The notes beneath the pieces are model-generated. The model saw nothing but the letters and a program-made list of their open reading frames with translations, was not told where the DNA came from and made no database searches. Position numbers and translations under genes: made by a program. Source: Octopus vulgaris (lineage: Eukaryota). From it: a stretch of DNA of 64,000 nucleotides. Location of the stretch: assembly GCA_951406725.2 (NCBI GenBank), contig OX597822.1, positions 95,046,001 to 95,110,000 of the forward strand, read 5' to 3'. Position 1 is the stretch's first letter. Each line of letters opens with the position of its first letter. Positions 26,107 to 39,752 of the stretch are shown piece by piece.

Positions 26107-26403
26107 GTCGAACCGTTTATTTGAGCTTAGGTATATGAACAATTCTTCGTCGGCTTCGCTTATCCATCGTAGACTTTCCGTTAACTCATTACTTTGAGCT
26201 TAGGTATATGAACAATTCTTCGTCGGCTTCGCTTATCCATCGTAGTCGAACCGTTTATTTGAGCTTAGGTATATGAACAATTCTTCGTCGGCTTCGCTTA
26301 TCCATCGTAGACTTTCCGTTAACTCATTACTTTGAGCTTAGGTATATGAACAATTCTTCGTCGGCTTCGCTTATCCATCGTAGACTTTCCGTTAACTCAT
26401 TAC
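26107..26403. repeat. Four identical 53-bp repeats separated by two alternating short linkers
   Basis: TTTGAGCTTAGGTATATGAACAATTCTTCGTCGGCTTCGCTTATCCATCGTAG at 26120, 26193, 26258 and 26331; linkers ACTTTCCGTTAACTCATTAC and TCGAACCGTTTA. Confidence 0.95.
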
Positions 26404-26749
26404 TAACTTTTCGCATATACATACATACATCATAACAGATCGAAGGATGATATAATCAAATAACCATCTATAAGCTTTTGTTTTTATTTTGGAAGAAACA
26501 AAATAAAAGACTAATCGAAATGAAAATAAACTTTTCTAAAATGGTCTTAAATTAAGTGTTTATCGTTAATTGACTATCAGTAAGAGCATCCTCATAATTG
26601 GAATTTTGGAGATTAAATTTACATATCTGAAAACAGAAAAAAAAAGTTCATTTTACTCACATGTAGCTTGAATCCAAAGTAATTAAATAATCGGAGATAA
26701 TAAACGATTAATCACCCACGTAGTCTTCTATAAACTGAGCGGCGCCACT

Positions 26750-26773
26750 ACACACACGCGCGCACACACACAC

Positions 26774-26809
<36 letters not shown>

Positions 26810-27040
26810 ATATTTCTCTACATGTATGTATGTATGCGTGCGTCATATTTGTGTATGCATACATATTTAACAGTAGATTATTAACAGTACACACACACAC
26901 ACACAAATATATATATATATATATATACACACACATATATATATATGTACATACATATATATATATATATATGTATGTGTATATATATATATATATATAT
27001 ATGTATATGTATATACATATATATATAATATATGTACATG

Positions 27041-27088
<48 letters not shown>

Positions 27089-27447
27089 CATACACATACA
27101 TATATATACCCACACACGCACACACACATATATATACACATATAGCTTTGTATATACGCATATATATGTATATATATATATTTATTTATACTCATACACA
27201 CACATATATATACATGCAAACACACACATACACACGTACACACATATACGTATATATATATATAAATTGTACATACATACTCCTGATTGTACAATTATAG
27301 ACATACACACACACATATACACATATACAAATGCATGTATACACATATACACACATACACACATATAATTAGAGTTGCGGTGTAGTTATCAATCTATTTA
27401 GCTTTCTATGTGCATGTGCGTATATGTGTACGTAAGTATATATGTGC

Positions 27448-27490
<43 letters not shown>

Positions 27491-27639
27491 TGCACTCGCA
27501 TACATACACGCACGCAAACATACATATATATATATACATGCACATACAAACACACATATATATCAGCCACTCTCTTCCCCCCCCATCCCACGCGTATACA
27601 CAACGCCGTCGTTTACTTCAAAGAGTAGATTATAAATAC

Positions 27640-27703
<64 letters not shown>

Positions 27704-27725
27704 CCATACAAACATCGTATATATG
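26750..27725. repeat. Compound (TA)n/(CA)n low-complexity block
   Basis: Direct reading. Confidence 0.97.
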
Positions 27726-27854
27726 AGACGGCGTACAAAGTTTGTAAGCCGCCTAAACAGAGAATTCAATGACGGGGGAACATCTCGCTGGAAAGGACAC
27801 CACCGGAGATCCGAAACGCCCCCATGAAAAAGAGAGTTGACAAAGAAGCCTGGG

Positions 27855-28632
27855 TTATAGCAAATATAAAATCAAAATCCCAAAGCCTTCTTTAAGTTTG
27901 TCAAAGCAACTGCCCCTGTACCTTGGAACTCTCCAAAAGATGGTCCCTTCACGGGAAACTCAACGAGGATAAGAGTAACACTGAATGAATTCCTGATGAA
28001 CTCCCAGCAATTCTGCTCGAATCATGCAAACAAGCACTTGCAAAACCACTGCAGCTTCTTCGGAGCTTCCTTGCAAGTGGTCAGCTCTCAGGCGAATTGA
28101 AGGAAGGAATAATATGCTCTTGTCTATAAAGGAGGAATCAGAGTAGATGCTAAAATTATAAACCTCCGAAGGAAACTAATTACGTTCCTTTAAGAGAATG
28201 ACACCCAGCATGATTTTCGACCAAGTAGATGCTGTCTGATACAGTTCTTACACCACTCTACGACTGGGTATTAAAACAGCAGCTCAGCAACTCAAATCTG
28301 GTTCTATATTCAAGATCCGAGCATACATGTACACTACAACATAATTTCTTTTCCTCAACAGGCCCTGCCCTATTTAGCATTGTTCCGAAAGAGATCAAAG
28401 AGGAAAAGGATCCCATCAACTTTAAACGGAGTCTGGATAGATTCCTTCAAGAAATACCAGATATGCCACCCATAATTGGATACAACTCACCCAACTCACT
28501 ACTTGAATGGACCATAAACAAAACTTGACTTAAACAGGATTTAGATAATCCTATCGGGTGGTGCTATTAAGTTAGACATGGCCTGGACCAATCTTTGGTC
28601 GAAACATATCTAAGTTTTATCTAAGTTTTATA
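27855..28632 (+). mobile_element. Heavily deleted CR1-like LINE including its 3' end
   Basis: PDELPAILLESCKQALAKPL; TGPALFSIVPKEIKEEKDPINFKRSLDRFLQEIPD; tail (TATCTAAGTTT)2. Confidence 0.8.
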
Positions 28633-28694
28633 TTTGAGAGATGAGGAATTATGTATTATTAACATTAGTTAAATTTGACGGATATTTGTGACAT

Positions 28695-28939
28695 ATCAGC
28701 TACTGGAAAAGGCTGAAAAACTTTAATCAGGACGTGATGTGTCTCGACTTTGCAAAATCCTTTGATAAAGTCAACTACGGTGCAGGAGTGGCTGTGTGGT
28801 TAGTAGCTTGCTTACCAACCACATGGTCCCGGGTTCAGTCCCACTGCGTGGCACCTTGGGCAAGTATCTTCCACTATAGCCTCGGGCCGACCAAAGCCTT
28901 GTGAGTGGATTTGGTAGACGGAAACTGAAAGAAGCCGTC

Positions 28940-28976
<37 letters not shown>

Positions 28977-30060
28977 GGGAAAGTTTACGAAAATAAACAA
29001 AAGACGAAGGCAGGTGGTGTACAAACAAACAAATGTATTAGTATAGCGCTCAGGAATATATGTGTGTATATTTGTGTGTGTTTGTGTGTCTGTGTTTGTC
29101 CCCCCAACATCGCTTGACAACCGATGTTAGTGTGTTTACCTCCACGTAACTTAGCGGTTCGGCGAAAGAGACCGATAGAATAAGTACTAGGCTTACAAAG
29201 GAATAAGTCACGGGGTCGATTTGCTCGACTAAAGGCGGTGCTCCAGCATGGCCGCAGTCAAATGACTGAAACAAGTGAAAGAGTAAAAGAGTACGGTACG
29301 ATATATCATCAGCTGCGTTTTTTGGGCATAGTCGGTAAACTTGAAGAGTGGCTACACGTCTTTTTGAAGCAGTTATAGCCGACGGGGCTACCTCCGAGGA
29401 AACGCAAATGATGAGTGGTGTCCTACAGGGTACTCTCTTGGGGCCGCTGCTATTCATATTGGCCTTCACAGGCATGGCCTCTGCTGCTCAGTTAGCCACC
29501 ATTGCTGGCTATGCAGACGATACAAAAGTCTCTCAGAGGATACAGAAACCTGGAGATGCTGAATACCTGCAACAAGAGTTCCACACAATATACAGGTAGA
29601 CTAGTGGAGGCGCAATGGCCCAGTAGTTAGAGCGGCGGACTCGCGGTCGTAGGATCGCGGTTTCGATTCCCAGACCGGGCGTTGTGAGTGTTTATTGAGC
29701 GAAAACACCTAAAAGCTCCACGAGGCTCCGGCAGGGATGGTGGTGATCCCTGCTGTACTCTTTCACCACAACTTTCTCTCACTCTTACTTCCTGTTTCTG
29801 TTGTACCCGTATTTCAAAGGGCCGGCCTTGTCACTCTCTGTGTCACGCTGAATATCCCCGAGAACTGCGTTAAGGGTACACGTGTCTGTGGAGTGCTCAG
29901 CCACTTACACGTTAATTTCACGAACAGGCTGTTCCGTTGATCGGATCAACCGGAACCTTCATCGTCGTAACCGACGGAGTGCTTCCACATACAGGTAGAC
30001 TAAGGACAGAAACACGCAGTTTAATGCTGGAAAATTCTAATCCCTTCGCTACCAGCTCAC
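28695..30060 (+). mobile_element. CR1-like RT fragment interrupted by SINE A (28783-29292) and SINE B (29606-29986)
   Basis: LDFAKSFDKV at ~28745; SGVLQGTLLGPLLFI...GYADDTK at ~29410-29530; SINE B TSD ATACAGGTAGACTA. Confidence 0.85.
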
Positions 30061-30584
30061 GGAAGTGAATGAAATGCGGACACAACAGACTTATACCCCT
30101 AAAATTTCCACACTCACATTTATCCCTTTTTCTTTTGTACAGTGGCACTATACAAGCATTGTACCAAAGGACTGGTGCAGTGCCTGTATTCACACACACA
30201 CACACATTTTTGTAATTCGCATATTTATTCATATGCGTGTATATAAGTATAACTCTTTCTCTCACACACGCGCACACACAAATATCACTTACACGCATAT
30301 ACACACACGCTTCCGCACACACACACACACACACACAAACTCACACACACACACGCGCGTACGCACATGTATATACATATATATATACATGCAAAGCTGC
30401 TGAAACTCTTGAGCCTCATCAAGCATGGAGATGTTGGTATCATGTTTGAGCACGTTTGAATGATCGATCGGTGATTTGTATCAGCGACCAACGAAAATAC
30501 TTCAGAAGTCTCCTCGCTTGGTAAAACTTAGAATTTCAGCCAGCTTTCATTCCGTTTTGCCAAATTATATAGATGTACGAATAT

Positions 30585-30748
30585 GTGGCTGTGTGGTGAG
30601 TAGCTTGCTTATCAACCACATGGTCCCGGATTCAGTCCCACAGCGTGACACCTTGGGCAAGTGTCTTCTACTATAGCGTCGGGCCGACCAAAGCTTTGTG
30701 AGTGGATTTGGTAGACGGAAACTGAAAAGAAGCCCGTCGCATATATGT

Positions 30749-30793
<45 letters not shown>

Positions 30794-30988
30794 TGGTTTT
30801 CAACCAGGGTTCCGCCAGTACAGTCCAGGGGTTCCGCAAGAAGTTACAAAACTGCTAAAATCGGCAGTATTTTAAAATTTTCCTGTGCAGATATGTGTGC
30901 ATAAGACTATTAAATTATTGCACAGGGGTTCCCCGAGCCAGTGGAATGTTTCCTTGGGGTTCCGCTCCAGCAAAAAGTTTGAAAAGCA

Positions 30989-31083
<95 letters not shown>

Positions 31084-31288
31084 GTTTGTGTGTCTGTGTT
31101 TGTCCCCCCAGCATCGCTTGACAACCGGTGCTGGTGTGTTTATGTCCGCCGTAACTTAGCGGTTCGGCGAAAGAGACCGATAGAATAAGTACTAGGCTTA
31201 CAAAGGATAAGTCCCGGGGTCGATTTGCTCGACTAAAGGCGGTGCTCCAGCATGGCTACAATCAAATGACTGAGGCAAATAAAAGAGT
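30585..31288 (+). mobile_element. SINE family A with a MITE in its internal microsatellite
   Basis: Head 30585-30740 and tail 31080-31288. Confidence 0.9.
30791..30991. mobile_element. hAT-type MITE (201 bp) inserted in (TA)n
   Basis: CAGTGGTTTTCAA ... TTGAAAAGCACTG; internal GGGTTCCG motifs. Confidence 0.88.
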
Positions 31289-31578
31289 AGGGGATTTTTC
31301 CTTGTGTAGTATGTCCTGTACTCTGTTTTTCTGTTGTAAAAAAATGGTTTTACCGTTTTCGTTTCTCATTGAGTTCTACGTCTAGTTGTGGTGTCCTGTA
31401 CTCACGTATATATATTTATATATGCATGTATATATACATGTAGATGTAGGTACGTACATATATGTTTGTATGTATGCATATATTTTATTTATTACACTAT
31501 ATATATATATACAAATTAGTAAATAAATGGCACAACTAAGTACCGATAAATATATTAATAATAGTAATAATAATACTG

Positions 31579-31626
<48 letters not shown>

Positions 31627-31645
31627 GGGAGTATATGTATGTGTG

Positions 31646-31695
<50 letters not shown>

Positions 31696-31985
31696 GGTGT
31701 ACATGTGTGTCTTTTGTTAAATTATATTTTAACGTAGTTCCCCAAGATAGCTTTCAGTTAATCTTTCGCGTTTGCGTTTTATACTCTAATACATAGATAC
31801 GGATTGTAACTATGCATATAATTACATATGCCTATTAACGTCAATAATTAAAAGCGACTGTTATTTCATCCATGTCGCTTGACAGTGTCGTTCATGCTTG
31901 CTATGTCAGTGAAAACATTGAAAAAATGCACACCCACACATATATACATGTGTGTGTCAGTGTTTAAAGTATATGCGAGTGACTG

Positions 31986-32126
<141 letters not shown>

Positions 32127-32243
32127 GCTTATGCATACATATACACATATGTACATGATGTACATTTATACTTATTATTCACACATATATATACACGCAT
32201 ACATACATACATACATACATACATACATACATACATACATACA

Positions 32244-32279
<36 letters not shown>

Positions 32280-32291
32280 TGCATACATATA

Positions 32292-32346
<55 letters not shown>

Positions 32347-32595
32347 CATACATATATATGTTCTTTTACTTGTTTCAGTCATTTGACTGCGGCCACGCTG
32401 GAGCACTACTTTAAAGAGTTTTAGTCGAAGAAATCGACCCCAGAACTCATTCTTTGTAAGTCTAGTAGTTATTCTATCAGTCTTTTTTGCGGAACCATAA
32501 GTTATGGGGACATAAACACACCAGCATCGGTTGTCATGCGATGGTGGGCGGACAAGCACAGACATACGCATAAATATATACATATACATACATAA

Positions 32596-32657
<62 letters not shown>

Positions 32658-32749
32658 CACTTGGCAACCGGTGTTGGTGCGTTTACGTCCTCGTAACCTA
32701 GCAATTCGGCAAAAATGACTGATAGCTTGATTACCAGGTTTATCCGGTC

Positions 32750-34177
32750 ATTCAAAATGTGACCGCGTGTGTACCGTTGGCGATTTTTTTCCTCCGTCTT
32801 CCCTTCTCTGGATCTTTCCTTTTCCTATGTTTCTGACGAAGAGCTCCGCTCGAAACGTAGCACCCTCCTTCTTCCCTTCCTTCCTGAGCGTCCAATAATA
32901 CTATATTTGTTGCACGTCGTCGCGTTGTTGTGTTTTCTCTTTGTGTTTTCATGTTTGGATTAACTTTATGTATACTGTTATTTTCCTTGTCCTGTATTTT
33001 ACTGTTTATATCTTGTACTGTCGTTACTGTCCTGTTTTTGTTACCATTTTTACCCCTCCGCAAAAAATCTCAAATTTTATTTAATTTGATTTTCGCAGGA
33101 AGGAAAGTTTCATTAAAGTCCTGTATCACCTTGACCTTCGAAACGTGGAGTAGATGAAACAAAGGCGACTGAAGAAGGGGAATTTTCCTTGTTTTGTATG
33201 TCCTGTACTCTATTTTTTCGTTGTTTAAGAAAAATGTCCATTTCCTTGGTTTTGTGTTTATGTTTTTGTTTCTCATTGTGTTCGACGGTTTTTTAGTGTC
33301 CTGTACCCATATATGCATGTATATATACATGTAGAGGTAGGTACGTACATATATGTATGTATATATGCATATGTTTTATTTATTTATTAAATAACGGAAC
33401 GCACGCATCCATTTCTAAGTAAGATTGTTCTTAATATTAATAATGATGCGCACTCTTAACCTTTCTCTCCCCCTCTCTTTCTCAGCCTTCCTTCTTTTGG
33501 CTTTCCTTTTCTTCTACCTTACTGTCTCTCCCTCTCTCTCTCATTCTTCATTCTTTTCTCTACAACCATTCCCTTTTTTCTCTCCCTTTCTCTTACTCCT
33601 CCTCCTCCCTCCCGTCGCGGACAGGTGATGAGAAGACTACTACTGTCTTTCTTCTCCTGGCTACCTTCAAGTAGAGACGGCACATCTGTTGCTCCCTCGC
33701 GGTTCTCAAAAAATAGCGTTCGTAAAAATTTTATCTCGTTCGGCTTAACAGCCCTTCTTGTTTGTGTTACTGTTATTCTCCTTGTCCTGTCTTTTACTGT
33801 TTATATCTTGTACTGTCGTTACTGTCCTGTTTTTGTTACCATTTTTACCCCTCCGCAAAAAAATCTCAAATTTTATTTAATTTGATTTTCGCAGGAAGGA
33901 AAGTTTCATTAAAGTCCTGTATCGCCTTGACCTTCGAAACGTGGAGTAGATGAAACAAAGGCGACTGAAGAAGGGGAATGTTCCTTGTTTTGTGTGTCCT
34001 GTACTCTATTTTTTCGTTGTTTAAGAAAAATGTCCATTTCCTTGGTTTTGTGTTTGTTTTTGTTTCTCATTGTGTTCGACGGTTTTTTGGTGTCTTGTAC
34101 CCATATATGCATGTATATATACATGTAGAGGTAGGTACGTACATATATGTATGTATATATGCATATGTTTTATTTAT
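32750..34177 (+). mobile_element. Penelope-like pseudo-LTR complex with a ~410-bp direct repeat (32973-33383 / 33768-34177); related fragment at 31289-31495
   Basis: Direct repeat of period ~795; hammerhead-like core at 32833; resembles the pLTR downstream of the GIY-YIG remnant at 61.5 kb. Confidence 0.65.
32828..32865 (+). ncRNA. Minimal hammerhead-like motif (helix I decayed)
   Basis: CTGACGA-A-GAGC-TCC-GCTC-GAAA-CGTA; palindromic ACGT helix III; helix I pairing is poor. Confidence 0.55.
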
Positions 34178-34205
34178 ATATATATATACACACACGCATA
34201 TATAT

Positions 34206-34262
<57 letters not shown>

Positions 34263-34963
34263 TTTATATGTATGCATGTTCATGTATATATTTAAGAATG
34301 TATTTTACTTGTTTCAGTCATCAGTATTCGGCCATGCTGGGGTAGTCTTGAAAATGAATCGACGTCAGTACTATTTTTAGAGCCTGGTAATCATGCTATC
34401 AAGTCATTTTTGCCGAATTGCTAAGTTACGAGGACGTAAACACACCAGCACCGGTTGCCAAGTGGTAGGAGGGGGAAATCACACACACACACACACAACA
34501 GGCTTCTTTCACTTTCCGTCTACCAAATCTACTCACAAGACTGAACCTCGAACCGTTTGTTTGGAAAACAAACTTTTTATCACACTGCCAATCCTGTACT
34601 TACATGTATGTATACAGGTGCGCGCGCGTATGTGCGTGTACGTGTGTGTGAGTGCATTCAACGTATCTCAGTTCCAAAAATTTGGCTGTTATTTCTAACA
34701 CTCCATGCTACCACGTAAACAGCTATTTGCGATAACGGACCCCGAATACCTGCTACGTGGTAGCAGGCGTGCAAGAAATAGCAGCCAAATCTTTCTTTTT
34801 CTGGGGAAAGGAGCCGTTTACGCGTAATTTCGATGTCACATTCGTTGAAAGCATGCGAAATAATCTGGAAAAGAAAAAACCTCTCGAAACAAAACTCTGT
34901 TGCTGGAAAACTCAGACTTTCCAGGTGACCCAACGGGTCCCGGGTAGTCTAGTGTGCGTGTGC

Positions 34964-35014
<51 letters not shown>

Positions 35015-35027
35015 AATATACACACAC

Positions 35028-35614
35028 ACAAATATTCTACAATTATATGCATAATTATAACCAGGGGTCAGCTAATTGCTTCGCCACGCACCGAATTTAG
35101 AAATAGCAGTTAAAATACCATTCCGCTACCATATATATCTCCGAGACAGTAACGCTAGGCAAAGAGAAAAAAATAACGAATCCACACGACTTGCAGATTA
35201 GCTACATACGCGTTTCGGGATTAAAGTAAAGTTATATTTACTTACTTATTTCACCTCATCAGTGCAGAATTTCAAATATAAATTTGAGAGTGTTAGAATT
35301 AAATATGTACGCGGTCAAGCGTCATCGCATAACTGATATTTAACCAGCACTTCCAAAAATATATACAACCGAATGAAAACACGTCTTCATCCTCCAATAC
35401 CCACGTGTTACGATTAATAACGCAGTTTTCCACCAGGGAGTAAATTATATTTCAATAATAATAAAAGGATAAAATTAATTAATTAATTAATGATTAATAA
35501 TTTTACCAAATAGTTCGGTACGTTAAAATAACCTTTTTGGGTCACATCATACAAATATTCTATAATTATAAGCATAATTATAATCAGGAGTCAGCTAATT
35601 GCTTCGCCACGCAC
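35028..35614 (-). mobile_element. Non-coding retrozyme-like element, 523-nt unit plus 64-bp terminal direct repeat
   Basis: 35028-35091 repeated at 35551-35614; internal hammerhead; flanked by TA/CA microsatellites; homologous to 59508-60394. Confidence 0.75.
35202..35267 (-). ncRNA. Type I hammerhead ribozyme
   Basis: Minus strand: CTGCA-CTGATGA-GG..AAGTAAA/TTTACTT..CC-GAAA-CGCG-TA-TGTAG; helix I CUGCA/UGUAG; palindromic helix III ACGCGU; GUA cleavage triplet. Confidence 0.88.
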
Positions 35615-35617
35615 TTA

Positions 35618-35681
<64 letters not shown>

Positions 35682-35682
35682 G

Positions 35683-35755
<73 letters not shown>

Positions 35756-35756
35756 A

Positions 35757-35875
<119 letters not shown>

Positions 35876-36130
35876 GTGTCTATGTATATATATATATATA
35901 TATATGTATATATAAACACACATACATATGTATATATTAATGTTTATTTATGTCAAGATATACTTAGAAATAAATTAAAATGAAACTGCATGATTACTCA
36001 ACTTTTACTGTGAAATCTTTGTTCGAAGTCTCGGCTTCCTCACCTTCTGTGAAAGCAAGAAAACCGAACTTCCAAATTTGAAGATCCCTGTCAAATTTTT
36101 TCATTGTTACTTTATCTATCTATCTATCTA

Positions 36131-37593
36131 AAAGGTCGGGCGGATGTGGCGAACACGTACATCGCGTCCGTCATCTACTACCGCCTGACCGTCGTACCTT
36201 GTCCCGACCCTACCATCACCAAACTACAACGCATTCTCTTTCGCTTCTTGTGGAAAGGATGCGTCCCGATGGTCAGGCGATCCATTTGCTGTCAACACCC
36301 GTTAAAAGGAGGACTGGGGATGCCGTGGTTGATGATGCGCAGACACGCGCTGAGACTGCGACATCTCAGGCTTCGTAGACGACGGTGAACAGGTGTGGTC
36401 GCCGTTTGTGAGGCACGCTTTCCCGCAGCTCGTCTCCATGACCGAACTGCAGTCGTGGATAAAAAAAGAGACCGAGGAAGGGCGAATGGCACCGCGAGTG
36501 TCGCGTTGCTCTCAAGCAACTCTGCCGTCCTGGGTCGACCTTGGGTGACTTCAACACAACCAAAGCATTCTATAGGGGATTAGTGGAGGGGAGGTACGAC
36601 GACGAGCTCGGGGCGAACCTGGACGTCGACGAGGAGTACCTGACCCGCCTGTTCAGGACGACTTTCGGGCCAGGGCCCATGGACAACTTCCAGAGATCCC
36701 TGGCCTGGCAGTGCTACCGAGAAGCGCTACCCGTTCGGGATAAGCTCTACAGACACGGCTCGAGAAACACGGGACCGACCTGCCCGAGATGCGGTCAGAG
36801 CGACGAAGCCGTTCTGCACGCACTCGTGCAGTGTCCAACAATTTCCGACCTGTGGGCTTATGTCGAACAACTGCTGTCACGTGTGGGACGAGTCGGTTTA
36901 TCAGCTGAGTCTATCGTCAATATTGTCGCGCCTCCTTCCTTCAAACGGGAAGGAAGAGCTATTTTCATCATCCTTGTGGCTATGACGAAAGAATGTATCT
37001 GGTGGACGCGTCTGAAAGGATTGGAGACAAACACTTTCCTCTCTGGTCAATCTCTCATCAACTTCTTCAAGTACCACTTGAAAAGGAAAGTGAGAGTAGA
37101 GAGGCAAGTTTTGTCTAGCGAATGTTTTAAAAAAGATGGGTGAATGTAGCAAGGATGGCACGTATGAATGACGAAGCCACCTTGAGCATAATCCTATGAA
37201 CCCAGAAATTGAAAACAGAGGGTTACCCACTTGCAAACAAATGTGGTAACATATAACAATATTGACCAAGGTTACCGTGGTCTTTTTCGTAGGCTTTTCT
37301 TCCCTCGGATAAACCTTACTTGCTTTCTCCTTTACACCATATATCATAACACTGTGATACACGATCCCTATTGATCGTTTTTTTCCCCTTCCCCTTTTTT
37401 CCCCCTTTTTCTTCTTTTTTCATTTCTCTTTTCTTTTGTTCCTTTTCCTTTTCTTTTTTTTCTTTTTATTCTTTTCTTTTTTATTTTATTTATTTATTAA
37501 TTTTTTTTGTTCTTTTCTTCCCTTTTACGATCCCTCTTGATCGAAAACCTAAGCCACCCCTTTTTTTTTCTTTTGTGTGGCCAATAAAGAAAC
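36131..37593 (+). mobile_element. 5'-truncated L1/Tx1-clade LINE inserted in (TATC)n
   Basis: LQRILFRFLWKG...GGLGMP; C-terminal zinc finger LPVRDKL..CPRCGQSDEAVLHALVQCP; T-rich 3' UTR and AATAAA; (TATC)n on both sides; few frameshifts. Confidence 0.92.
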
Positions 37594-37706
<113 letters not shown>

Positions 37707-38000
37707 AATCTATCTATCTATCTATCTACCTACCTACCTACCTACCTACCTACATACATACCTACCTACCTACATACCTACCTACCTACCTATCTACCTA
37801 CCTACCTAACTGTGCTTATACATGCATATGTATGTGTATGTATATGTATGTATGTATGTATGTGCACAGAGAGTCGAATAGCCTCTTGAAATCACGTCCT
37901 TATATCCTAAAAATGACACATTTAATAAAGTAATACAAAGTACATATGAAAAAATAAAAGTACGCATGAAAGAATAAAAAAAAAAAATCATCAACCCATA

Positions 38001-38419
38001 GGCGCAGGAGTGGCTGTGTGGTAAGTTGCTTACTTACCAACCACATGGTTCCGGGTTCAGTCCCACTGCGTGGCATCTTGGGCAAGTGTCTTCTGCTATA
38101 GCCTCGGGCCGACCAATGCCTTGTGAGTGGATTTGGTAGACGGAAACTGAAAGAAGCCTGTCGTATATATGTATATATATATATATGTATGTGTGTGTAT
38201 GTTTGTGTGTCTGTGTTTGTCCCCCTAGCATTGCTTGACAACCGATGCTGGTGTGTTTACGTCCCCGTCACTTAGCGGTTCGGCAAAGAGACCGATAGAA
38301 TAGGTACTGGGCTTACAAAGAATAAGTCCCGGGTTCGAGTTGCTCGATTAAAAGGCGGTGCTCCAGCATGGCCGCAGTCAAATGACTGAAACAAGTAAAA
38401 GAGTAAAAGAGTAAAGAGT
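38001..38419 (+). mobile_element. SINE family A
   Basis: Full-length match. Confidence 0.93.
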
Positions 38420-39719
38420 AACCCAGAAAGTCGTAAGTAGAAACGAATACGATCATAGGTCTGCTCGACCAGCTCTGGCTGGCCCTGGGCTAAAAATTAA
38501 AACAACAGCTATAACAACAACAGTTATTTATATATAAATATTTGCTTTATTATGTGATACTTTCCTCGGGTTGATTTACTAAAGCTGAAAGTTTATTGCC
38601 TGCTTTCTCGCCTTACTCAAGGAAATGAAAATATTTTCTTTGCTGTTTATGCTACCTGCTCTATTATTCATCATCTTCGTAACACCTTTGATCTTATTGA
38701 TAAGCCGACTGCAGCGAGATAAGCTGAAGTCGCGTGCATTCACTCGGCACCGAATAGAAGGAAATTAAAGCAAGCTTCAACGCACAGCTTTGTTTGATAA
38801 AGTAATTTGATAATAAACAGAAAAGTGGATTATTTTTACGTGAATGAAACCAACATTATTTCTTCGGTGACGGAATAGGAGTTTCCTCTACATGAAATAT
38901 ATCGATAACTATTAACCTTGGGGTAAGGTACGGCAGTGTGGCTGACGAAATAATACCTTACGGGTGTTTGTTTCCTTGTTTCAATCCCGCCATGGTTACT
39001 TCACCAATTGTCTTGGCGCTGAGAAAGTCAAGTTCCATTATAGTGCTGGAGTCAAGTTGATCGACTAGCTCCTTCCGATAAATATCTGTCCTTGTGCACT
39101 TGTAAGAAATTATTGGTGTTCACACTGGTCTGCGTTCTACTTTATGAGTGTAGTGAATGGGCAAAATCGTTAGAACGTAAGAGAAAATAACTTGCGATGC
39201 TTCTTCTGACACTACGTTCGGAGTTCAAATCAGACCGATGTCAATTTTGCAACTCAGATCCCTGGAGTCCATAAAATAAAGTACCAAATATATCCTGAGG
39301 TCATTGTACTTGACTATTCGCTCCTCCCAAATTCCAGATCTTGTGTCTATGCTGGAAACCATCATTTACTTGCGACTCTTTATGTTTCTGAGCACGAATA
39401 ACCACAAGGTCTAATTTGGATTCATACTTCGAGTGTGGATAAAATATAAGCAGCCATTGAGCACATGAGTAGCTGCGCGGAGGAAATTCTAAGACACAGA
39501 TGTTGCAAGGAAGTCTGTCGTGTACACACACACAGACACACGCACGTAAGCACACACACACACACACGCACACACACACACACACCACATAGACACACAC
39601 ACACGCGCACATGCACACACACACACACACACGCACACACCACACACACATAATATGCATATATTCACATATACATATGTATGTATGTGTACGTGTATGT
39701 ATGTATGTATGTATGTATG

Positions 39720-39752
<33 letters not shown>

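Noticed and set aside
26107-26403. CRISPR array
   Set aside because: Repeats are 53 bp, the linkers are short and reused, there are no cas genes, and the context is eukaryotic.
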